From Deinococcales bacterium (GTDB lineage: Bacteria > Deinococcota > Deinococci > Deinococcales > JAAFIG01), in contig JAYWGM010000027.1 of the NCBI GenBank assembly GCA_043778225.1, positions 1 to 35,355 of the forward strand: a DNA stretch of 35,355 nt, in the 5' to 3' direction. Below the pieces are notes generated by a model that saw nothing but the letters and a program-made list of their open reading frames with translations, was not told the DNA's origin and made no database searches. Positions 9,986-17,157 of this stretch are shown piece after piece. The first letter of the stretch is position 1. Every line of letters starts with the position of its first letter. The position numbers and the translations under genes are program-made.

Positions 9986-11067
9986 TATACAAACCGACCA
10001 TTTTCTTGAAAAACCACGCCATCCATAGTAATTCTGCCACTGGCTCGCAAGTCCATAATTAAATCCCAGTGCAGCGCACTTTTATTTAAGCCGCCGCATT
10101 CTGGGTAACTTGCACCAATGGCTAAATGGGCTGTACCACCAATTTTCTCGTCAAATAAAATGTTTTTGGTGGCTTGGGTAATGCCAAAATTCGTACCGAT
10201 GCCAATTTCGCCTAAAAAACGTGCGCCTTGGTCTATCTCGAGGGCTGATTGTAAGTAATCGTTGCCCTCTTCGGCGCTGGCTTTAATCACTTTGCCATCT
10301 TTGAACCACAGTTCGACCCCAGAAACCAGAAACCCCGAAAAACTCGAGGGAATTGTAAAGCGCACCACCCCATTGGCACTGTTTTCGATGGGGCTGGTAA
10401 AAATTTCGCCAGACGGCATATTGCGTTTGCCATCCGAGTTTTGCCATGTCCGCCCAGCCACCGACATTGTGATGTCTGTACCGGGGGCTTCTAAACGCAC
10501 TGTTTTGGCATTTTTAACCCGCTCGACTAATTTTTCCTGCATCGCACGAATCTCAATCCAACCTTTCCATGGATCATCGAGGTTCAAAAACATTGCCCCA
10601 ATCACAAAGCGCTCGAATTGCTCGAGGCTCATACCAGCATCTTTGGCGTAGCCTTCGGTTGGAAACAAGGTAATGCACCAGCGTTTGCCGGCTCGAGCCG
10701 CGCTGAGTTGCCCAAGGGCTTTGCGGTGACGCATCAGGTTCTCGGGCTTGATTCGCTCCAAACCGCGCAAATCCGATTCGGCTTCGATTCTTAAAAAAGC
10801 ATCGGCATGGCGCATCTGTTCGATTTCGGCTTTGGGCAGGGTATCCAAATGAATCTCTTTGGCATACTGATGAAAATCCAAAGTTTGCCCCGGATAACCA
10901 AGCCGAAAAAGTGGAAAGGCATCGCAGTACAAAATGGCATTGTGCAGCACCCGTACCAAAGGCTCGGCAAGCGTATTGGTTTGAATCAAGATGGTCTCGC
11001 CCGGCGAAACCTCGAGACAGTAATCGGTGAGGAGTCGCGCCCATCTCGAGAGGAAAATATCTTGCAC
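9985..11067 (-). CDS. Aminopeptidase, M29 (aminopeptidase T/PepS) family
   Basis: NMPSGEIFTSP, GEIGIGTN, LFDEKIGGTAHLAIG, SALHWDLI. Likely GTG start at 11067 with TACAAT 6 nt upstream. Confidence 0.93.
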   Translation of the reverse strand: MQDIFLSRWARLLTDYCLEVSPGETILIQTNTLAEPLVRVLHNAILYCDAFPLFRLGYPGQTLDFHQYAKEIHLDTLPKAEIEQMRHADAFLRIEAESDLRGLERIKPENLMRHRKALGQLSAARAGKRWCITLFPTEGYAKDAGMSLEQFERFVIGAMFLNLDDPWKGWIEIRAMQEKLVERVKNAKTVRLEAPGTDITMSVAGRTWQNSDGKRNMPSGEIFTSPIENSANGVVRFTIPSSFSGFLVSGVELWFKDGKVIKASAEEGNDYLQSALEIDQGARFLGEIGIGTNFGITQATKNILFDEKIGGTAHLAIGASYPECGGLNKSALHWDLIMDLRASGRITMDGVVFQENGRFV

Positions 11068-11094
11068 TTGTGTATTGTAGTACAAATTGCAGCT

Positions 11095-12639
11095 TTAAGC
11101 CTTGTTGTGGCGTTCGTATTGCCAAACAGCATTGGAATCCAGTCGATAAGCACCATGATTTGCTTGTAGACTTGCTTGCCAACCAAGCATCTGACGCAGC
11201 ATTTGTACCAATACCGAAAGCCGCCGCTTGGCTTTTTGTAAATCAAGACCTTGGTATAAGGCTGCACAAATTTGAGTCATCGAACAAAAACCTTGATGCT
11301 CAAGCAAAAACACCAAAAGTTCAGTCATTTTATGGCTGAGCATAATCGGGACATCGTTGACTTGCACCAGCAACGAATCTTGGGTTTCGACCCGCACCAC
11401 CAAATCGGTCTGGTATACAAGTGGCACTGGTTTTTGTGGCAATAACGCCAAGAGTTCTGGAAATCGTAGCGCCTCTTCTCGAGCCGCCAAAGACTCGAGC
11501 GGCAAGCCAACCAGCAGCGCTTTTGCCAAGTCGGGGTTTCCTGCTTGCCGAGCCAATTCGCCTTGCAACAAAGCCACCGACCAACGCACCGACTCTTTTT
11601 GTGGGTTGCTGATTTGGGCTAACGTGTGGCTGACTTCTTGGGGTGAATGGACTGCCAACAAAACTTGAGCTTTGGTCAGCCATAAACTGTCTTGCTCGAG
11701 TTGGTCTTGGTGAAAAGCATCCTCGAGAATTTTAAGGGCTTGGTTGGCGCGACCCGACAACAAATAAACCCGAGCCAAACCTCGGTAGGCATTGGTGCGT
11801 TCAAAACTCCCTTGGGCTTGGGAGAGGGCTTTTTTGTAGGCGGCTTCGGCTCGAGACCACTGACCACGCACCCGCCGCGATAAGGCAATCCCATTCCAAG
11901 CCGATGCCCGATGCGTTGCCGCCGATGGATTGCGTGAAACCCGCTCTAGCTCGAGAAAATACCCTTCAGCTTGGGGTAAAAAGTGGCGCTGGGCATCTAC
12001 CCCAAGGTTGTATAAAATATGAGCCGTGGTCTGCGCTCGGTGCTTGACCAACGGCAGCGCTTCTTGCCAAACGCTTTGGGCTTTGGCAGATAAGCCAGCT
12101 TCCGACAGGCAATAACCATAGTTAATTAGCCCTCGAGCCAAACCGATGTTTTTTAAGAGTGGCAAGCCTTTTTGAAAACTGGCTTGCCATTCTGGCAATT
12201 GTAATTCAAACAACGCCCAACCTAGCCAAGTGTAGGCTCGCCCAAGATTTTCGTTGTGCAGCCGCAACAATAAAGGCTCGAGTCTGGCTTTCATGTCGCT
12301 AAAACGACTGTGCATGGTCAAAAAACCAACATACTCAAGTTCGAGTTCGGCATATTCAGACGGGCTGCACAGGTTTTTGGTTTGCTCGAGAAACCCCAAT
12401 AATTCTGGCTCGAGTTTATTTAAGGACAACAACTGCATATACATTCGCCGGCAAGGATGCAGCTTTAAGCGCTGCTCGAGTGGAATTTTTTGCATCAACT
12501 CGAGCAGCACCGCGTACTGGCTGGCGGTCTGCAAATGCTTCAAAGCCTGTTCCAGCAGATTTGCGGCTTGGATAAAACGCAAATGGTGCAACAGCAGCAA
12601 AAACGACTTCTCGACATCAGCCAAACTGATTTTGAACAC
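11095..12639 (-). CDS. TPR-repeat protein with C-terminal OmpR/SARP-like winged-helix domain (putative transcriptional regulator)
   Basis: TPR-like helices (ARGLINYGYCL, AHILYNLG, AWNGIAL, AYRGLARVY); C-terminal ELLVFLLEH...ICAALY...LSVLVQMLRQMLG...GAYRL. Confidence 0.75.
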   Translation of the reverse strand: MFKISLADVEKSFLLLLHHLRFIQAANLLEQALKHLQTASQYAVLLELMQKIPLEQRLKLHPCRRMYMQLLSLNKLEPELLGFLEQTKNLCSPSEYAELELEYVGFLTMHSRFSDMKARLEPLLLRLHNENLGRAYTWLGWALFELQLPEWQASFQKGLPLLKNIGLARGLINYGYCLSEAGLSAKAQSVWQEALPLVKHRAQTTAHILYNLGVDAQRHFLPQAEGYFLELERVSRNPSAATHRASAWNGIALSRRVRGQWSRAEAAYKKALSQAQGSFERTNAYRGLARVYLLSGRANQALKILEDAFHQDQLEQDSLWLTKAQVLLAVHSPQEVSHTLAQISNPQKESVRWSVALLQGELARQAGNPDLAKALLVGLPLESLAAREEALRFPELLALLPQKPVPLVYQTDLVVRVETQDSLLVQVNDVPIMLSHKMTELLVFLLEHQGFCSMTQICAALYQGLDLQKAKRRLSVLVQMLRQMLGWQASLQANHGAYRLDSNAVWQYERHNKA

Positions 12640-12658
12640 ATCGTCATTGTGTCATAAA

Positions 12659-12826
12659 TCAGCAACCTATGGCACAAGGCTTAGGGTCTTCGACCAACTG
12701 GTACAGATTTGGGGCTGACTTGACTTGGGTCATCTTAACGGCTGCCAAAGCTCCAAAATAGGCTGCGAAACCAGCCACCAATGCAACCACCAAAATTTGC
12801 TTACCAACCTTTATGCTACGATTCAT
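12659..12826 (-). CDS. 55-aa secreted or membrane peptide ending in PKPCAIGC
   Basis: SD GGAGG, ATG at 12826; basic N-terminus and hydrophobic stretch (ILVVALVAGFAAYFGALAAV); stops 19 nt upstream of the TPR regulator start. Confidence 0.75.
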   Translation of the reverse strand: MNRSIKVGKQILVVALVAGFAAYFGALAAVKMTQVKSAPNLYQLVEDPKPCAIGC

Positions 12827-13018
12827 AACAACCTCCAGATACGGGGGAATGGAGGGGTGCAAAGGCGACCAAGCAATTTGCACCCCCAAGACGAAAGCCG
12901 GAAAAGCGCCACACGTGCAGTCTGGCTCGAGTCAAAATAAGTGCTTAAACGCCCCGATTCAATCCGCACAACAAGCTGCTCGAGCGCAAGCCCGCCTAAA
13001 TTTGCTAAACTACAGAGT

Positions 13019-13195
13019 ATGACCAAGTTCATCATCGAAGAGCATTCAGACGGTTTTGTGGCTTACCCACTTGGTATTCATGGGGTTGTGGTCGGTCAAG
13101 GCGATTCTCGAGAAGAAGCCCTTGAAGATGCACGGTCAGCTTTAGAATTTCATATTGAAACCTTTGCTTGTGAAATGAATTCGAGACGACTATAA
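13019..13195 (+). CDS. HicB-family antitoxin-like protein (short, no HicA partner seen)
   Basis: IIEEHSDGFVAYPLG..GVVVGQGDSREEALEDARSALEFHIETF; TAAACT 7 nt before ATG 13019. Confidence 0.8.
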   Translation: MTKFIIEEHSDGFVAYPLGIHGVVVGQGDSREEALEDARSALEFHIETFACEMNSRRL

Positions 13196-13204
13196 TTTTT
13201 TGTT

Positions 13205-13438
13205 ATGAACACTCCCCTCGAGTTACCCAAAGAACTTGAAGTTGCGCTGATGAGCATAGCCACTCGAGAAAACCGAACCGTCAACGAACTGGTACAAGAT
13301 GCTTTGCAACATTTTGCCCAAGAACACACCAAGCCAACCCCAAGTTGGTTAGGCATTGCCGAAGGTGAACCCGATTTATCACAGCGCGTAGATGAACTTT
13401 TATTCAAAGATAACGGTTGTCTAGGTTTTGTAGGGTAG
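13205..13438 (+). CDS. CopG/ribbon-helix-helix (VapB-like) antitoxin-like protein
   Basis: LELPKELEVALMSIATRENRTVNELVQDAL RHH pattern; C-terminal LGIAEGEPDLSQRVDELL. Confidence 0.7.
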   Translation: MNTPLELPKELEVALMSIATRENRTVNELVQDALQHFAQEHTKPTPSWLGIAEGEPDLSQRVDELLFKDNGCLGFVG

Positions 13439-13630
13439 CAATTCATCCACTTTTTCGGAAACATCCGAGTGACCACTCGAGAAAGCTCCTGCGTATTTGG
13501 ATTTTATTTTTTGATGCCCTAAAGGTTCAAGAATAGTTACCAATGCCCGATGGGTGGTTGTTAAATTTAGTGACTCGTGCAGTGTGACTTGACCACTTGC
13601 AGAGATTGAGGCATTGATGGTCTTTTGCAT
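13421..13630 (-). CDS. Small antitoxin-like protein (AF2212/DUF104-like N-terminus, VapB-like tail)
   Basis: TINASISASGQVTLHESL...RALVTIL; tail AGAFSSGHSDVSEKVDELL; TATAGT 6 nt before the ATG. Confidence 0.6.
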   Translation of the reverse strand: MQKTINASISASGQVTLHESLNLTTTHRALVTILEPLGHQKIKSKYAGAFSSGHSDVSEKVDELLPYKT

Positions 13631-13670
13631 AGCAGGACTATAGCACTTGCGCCCAAGTCTACATCAGTAG

Positions 13671-14303
13671 TCATGTTGACGCTCTTGTTAGAGTAATCGT
13701 ACCTATGCGGGGTCTACCAATGGTATGAAATCGCCCAGACATTTTGATTGCGCGTTTTGTATCGCTTGGGTCATATTCAATATCAAGCATAACAAATCCA
13801 CGCCAGCTTTGCTCTTTTCCATTATTTGGAGAAGCTAATGTGACTTGATAAAAGACAAAAATATTATCCCCTACCCAACCCGAATAGATTGAATTCCAAG
13901 TTCGCTCTTGAGCAGTTCTGTCTATACCGTTCTTCAATACAACTTGAAAATCTTCAATAGGTTCAACTTTTACAGTTCCTTTAATTCGTTCTCTACGTTC
14001 TTCCGTTATTACAGATTCAACATACTCCCACTCATCTTCGAGCAATCTATGAATTTCATTGTCAGTTTTGTATTCATCTACACCTATACTTTTAACATTG
14101 ACAAATATAACTATAATAAAAATCGGAAAGCCAAGAATTAAAAGAAACGCGAAGATTCTTTGTTCAAAAGGCTCAGAACCTTGTAAAATAGGAGTTCCAA
14201 AAAGCAATGCTAAAAAGTAAACTACAACAGCTAAAATGTATAAAGGGCGAGTTCTTAAATACTTAAATACCAGTTGAAAAAAACTAAAGTAATCTGACAC
14301 CAT
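13671..14303 (-). CDS. Two-TM protein with beta-strand-rich C-terminal domain (Cap15/S-2TM-beta-like)
   Basis: Two hydrophobic helices, then EWEY...KGTVKV...FVFYQ...WRGFVMLD...MSGRFHT...GTITLTR; AT-rich; SD AAGGAG. Confidence 0.6.
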   Translation of the reverse strand: MVSDYFSFFQLVFKYLRTRPLYILAVVVYFLALLFGTPILQGSEPFEQRIFAFLLILGFPIFIIVIFVNVKSIGVDEYKTDNEIHRLLEDEWEYVESVITEERRERIKGTVKVEPIEDFQVVLKNGIDRTAQERTWNSIYSGWVGDNIFVFYQVTLASPNNGKEQSWRGFVMLDIEYDPSDTKRAIKMSGRFHTIGRPRIGTITLTRAST

Positions 14304-14321
14304 AAATACAGTCTCCTTTCA

Positions 14322-14356
14322 AAACCAGCCCCTTTTCGTTTTCTCGAGGGCTGTTT
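14322..14356 (-). terminator. Weak terminator-like hairpin between the M15 peptidase and the 2TM gene
   Basis: Minus strand CAGCCCTCGAGAAAACGAAAAGGGGCTG followed by GTTTT, directly before the next SD. Confidence 0.45.
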
Positions 14357-14843
14357 ACTTTTTAGCTTCGACTTTCTTGGGGCTTAACACATCAATCGGC
14401 TGTGGTTTTGTTGGAACAAATCGAAAACTTGTGGAGTATGTTTTTCCAATTGACCAATCTGGCATTTGGATGTGTGGTGCATCCATAAAACCTGTCCAGA
14501 ATGCCCCTGCATCTGCTCCTAGCCTTCTGGCAATCGCGGCTACCGCGATGTATTTAGGGACATCCCAAGTTATACCGCCTTTATTGTTCCTCACGGCAAA
14601 ATCAAAGGCATGAGCGCCTTGCGGTGGGGCAACATTGTGGGCGCTTTGACCAGCTTTTGCATAAGTGACGATTGATCCAGATTTAGTACGTCCTTGGCTG
14701 TAAAGTGCATCTTGTTCTTGATTGGATCGGTGGGTGCAAGTCAAGAAAATTTCTAAGCCCAGTTCAGTCTTGGCGAGTTTTACAAGTTCTACCCAGCATT
14801 CCTTTAAGGCGGGGTGGAGATCGTTAGGGTTTCTGGATGGCAT
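14355..14843 (-). CDS. M15-family peptidoglycan peptidase (L-Ala-D-Glu endopeptidase, CwlK/Ply500-like)
   Basis: HRSNQEQDALYSQGRT, VTYAKAGQSAHN, AFDFA, DAPHIQ zinc-binding motifs; no signal peptide. Confidence 0.9.
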   Translation of the reverse strand: MPSRNPNDLHPALKECWVELVKLAKTELGLEIFLTCTHRSNQEQDALYSQGRTKSGSIVTYAKAGQSAHNVAPPQGAHAFDFAVRNNKGGITWDVPKYIAVAAIARRLGADAGAFWTGFMDAPHIQMPDWSIGKTYSTSFRFVPTKPQPIDVLSPKKVEAKK

Positions 14844-14971
14844 AAATCTTACTCCTTTACTTCAACTAAAATTCTCGAGAACTACCGATTGTCAAAGCCT
14901 ACGCCACACAAATTTCTACAATCCCAACCTCCTTTAACCTCGAGAACACAAGCTAGACTCGAGAAAATTGC

Positions 14972-15754
14972 TTAGTTCCGATTAACGATGACTTGTGCTG
15001 CACAAAGTTTTTCTTCGACAGTCTTAATCATTTCTTCTATGGCTGGGGCTGGCTCGAGGTTGACAAATCCGATGAATTCCATTTCACAGCCGTAACTCGA
15101 GTCAAAAAATGGTTCTAATTTTTCTTGTGAACCCAAAGAATTTCCTAATCTAAATCCGCCTAATTTGTGAAACAGTCTTGAGGCGTGGTGTCTTTCTGTA
15201 GCGGCGGCTATTGCTGAACCTGAACCTTTTATATTGGCTATTGAGTATCCCGAAACCCCAAGCATTGACCCGACTGTTATGCCTTGGCTCGAGCTATCCA
15301 CTGCCATTCCAGCCACTTCAAAAAAACAGTTTTTATTGTGCTGTGCTTTAATAAACGCTTCTATACTGCGCTCATACTGTTCTCGAGTTGGTGACTGCAT
15401 TCGCTCGAGTAGTGGGTACAGGTGCATTTCGGATAATTCTGGGAGTTTCTGACTGGTGTACCAAAATTGGCAACGCATCACACCGCGCAGTCTTTCTTCT
15501 AAATCCAAGACCAAAAAATGCCATGAGCATTCATCGTGTCTCGAGATGTGCCGTCCTGCATTGTCTAAATCGGTGCTTAGAATCGCGCCATCTTCTAAGT
15601 AGACTTGTCCGCGTAATTGTTGGGCTTTGGTTAGCCATGCCTCGTGCAATGCTGTGTTATTTTCAACTCGAGTAAATGCGGCTGGTATTTGGGCGTTGGG
15701 TGGCGCTAAGAGTAAAAAATGGTTGTCCTTAAAAATCCCACTATTGGCAGACAT
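14972..15754 (-). CDS. GNAT-fold acyltransferase, FeeM/LuxI-like (N-acyl amino acid synthase-like)
   Basis: AQQLRGQVYLEDG, D..SWHFLVLD..RLRGVMR, FEVAGMAVD, SRLFHKLGG. ATG at 15754 behind AAGGGGA, 11 nt after the upstream stop. Confidence 0.65.
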   Translation of the reverse strand: MSANSGIFKDNHFLLLAPPNAQIPAAFTRVENNTALHEAWLTKAQQLRGQVYLEDGAILSTDLDNAGRHISRHDECSWHFLVLDLEERLRGVMRCQFWYTSQKLPELSEMHLYPLLERMQSPTREQYERSIEAFIKAQHNKNCFFEVAGMAVDSSSQGITVGSMLGVSGYSIANIKGSGSAIAAATERHHASRLFHKLGGFRLGNSLGSQEKLEPFFDSSYGCEMEFIGFVNLEPAPAIEEMIKTVEEKLCAAQVIVNRN

Positions 15755-15765
15755 GGCTTCCCCTT

Positions 15766-16491
15766 TTATTTCGCGCCGACTTCGGCTTTGGCGTGGGCTA
15801 AGGCTGCATCCCAAATTGGCAGTGGGTACACAGCGGCAAAGCAATCAAATCCAAATTCAATTGCGCTTTCTTCCTCGGGGTAATCTGTCACCACTTTTTG
15901 AATTAACCGAGCCAATTCGTCCGCATGGGCAATGTCTTCTTTGGCATGAACATCAATAAAACGCTGGGCATCCACGGGGAAACCTTTTTTGGCTAGGGCA
16001 ACCTGAGCGCGTTCGGTCAGCACGGGCGTTAAGCACTCGAATAGGTACATATACCCAAGGTAAGCAAAGGGGCTTTCGCGTTCGCCAATCATGCGGCACG
16101 TGGCGCTCATGGCAAAAGATGCAGGGGTGATGCGCCTGTTCCGCGCCCAAGTTTCATCGCCGCCAAGTTTCTTGAAATCCTCGAGTGCCATTTCGCCGTG
16201 GTCAACTTCGGAAAGGTCATGGATAATCATCGGTTTCATCAGGTCTGGGCGGCTTTTGGGTAAGCGCCCAATGGCGGTAAAAGTGGCTTCGGTAACGTGC
16301 GGTCCGTAACTGAAGACCTCAAGCAGGATGCACTTAACGATTTTGGCAACCAGTCCGGGGGCAGTGCCGTCAGCTTCGATTAAGCGCACAGTTTCGGTTT
16401 GTTCAATGCGTTTGTAATGGGCTTGGAGTTTGGCAGCGAGGCGGTCTGTGAAAACAACAGATTCTGCGGTGACTTTCCATTTTTTGCTCAT
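15766..16491 (-). CDS. Heme-oxygenase-like dimetal oxidase (HDO; iron-containing redox enzyme, TenA/PqqC/CADD fold)
   Basis: Ligand pattern HDLSEVDHGEMALEDF (E-x2-H), YMYLFE, FIDVHAKEDIAH (H-x3-D-x2-H); all-helical; 241 aa. Confidence 0.85.
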   Translation of the reverse strand: MSKKWKVTAESVVFTDRLAAKLQAHYKRIEQTETVRLIEADGTAPGLVAKIVKCILLEVFSYGPHVTEATFTAIGRLPKSRPDLMKPMIIHDLSEVDHGEMALEDFKKLGGDETWARNRRITPASFAMSATCRMIGERESPFAYLGYMYLFECLTPVLTERAQVALAKKGFPVDAQRFIDVHAKEDIAHADELARLIQKVVTDYPEEESAIEFGFDCFAAVYPLPIWDAALAHAKAEVGAK

Positions 16492-16538
16492 GGTGGTTCT
16501 CCTTTTGTTGCTCGAGAAGTTTTACGAACCAAAAAAAT

Positions 16539-16859
16539 TTATGGTTCGGCATTCTGAAATCGCACTTCAAAGCCCACGCTTTCCCCAATCCCAAGCGGCA
16601 GAATCTCGACCATAAACGGCGTTTCTTTGCACTGCAAAAATGTTTCAATTGCCACCATCACCGCTTCTGGCGTGGCGTGTAGCACCCCGCTTACGCCAGT
16701 CAAAACATCGTCCAGCACGACACCTTTTGGCTCGAGTCGCACAAATTGAATTCCAGTGATGTCTGCCAGTGCTGTGACTTTGGCTAAATCGGTGGGGCTT
16801 AATGCCCTCGAGCGATTTAAGAACGCTTGTAATTGACCAGAAAGACTTGGTGTTTCTAT
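16539..16859 (-). CDS. 106-aa hypothetical protein with two P-x-G-[VI] motifs; probable non-canonical ATA start
   Basis: The frame is open from ATA 16859 (IETPSLSGQLQAFLNRSRALSPTDLAKVTALADITGIQFVRLEPKGV...VEILPLGI...NAEP). It follows an 11-nt anti-SD match AAGGAGGTGAT. The ORF track shows only the last 67 aa. Confidence 0.6.
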   Translation of the reverse strand: METPSLSGQLQAFLNRSRALSPTDLAKVTALADITGIQFVRLEPKGVVLDDVLTGVSGVLHATPEAVMVAIETFLQCKETPFMVEILPLGIGESVGFEVRFQNAEP

Positions 16860-16893
16860 AACTCATCACCTCCTTTGACTTGAGCTTGAGCAG

Positions 16894-16930
16894 AGTATGC
16901 AAAATAGGGTCTGAAGTTTCCCTGAAGTTT
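16894..16930 (-). promoter_or_regulatory. Promoter with 11-bp-period direct repeat (SARP-type operator) upstream of a -10 box
   Basis: Minus strand AAACTTCAG-GG-AAACTTCAG (16930-16911), an 11-nt gap, then CATACT (16899-16894); no TTGACA-like -35. Confidence 0.6.
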
Positions 16931-17157
16931 TTTGTGGTCTGTGCTGCACAGCTTTAATTCTTTTGAGTGCCCCGAAAAACTCGAGAAAATCCAGAGTTGG
17001 TATAAAAAGTCAATCTTGAGTCTATTAAACGCAGATTATTTTAGCCTGATAAACTTCTCATTTTTAGCTGATAATTTGCCATTGAACCCGTGCTTTACAA
17101 ATCCGATACCGATGTGAGATACTTCTCATTAAGGTAAAGCACGGGAGGTGTCACAGC

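Noticed and set aside
12843..12925. c-di-GMP-I riboswitch
   Set aside because: GCAAA and GAAA fragments occur on the non-coding strand and do not form the two-stem consensus.
13671..14303. Complete CBASS system
   Set aside because: No CD-NTase, Cap2 or Cap3 genes are nearby; only a possible effector-like fold.
14355..14843. Prophage suggested by the endolysin-like M15 peptidase
   Set aside because: No integrase, terminase, capsid, tail or replication genes are present in the window.
16645..16902. 85-aa ORF using the ATG at 16866
   Set aside because: The ATG is only 2 nt from GGAGG and the product is Arg/Ser/His-rich and unprotein-like; the overlapping frame ending at 16539 is more plausible.
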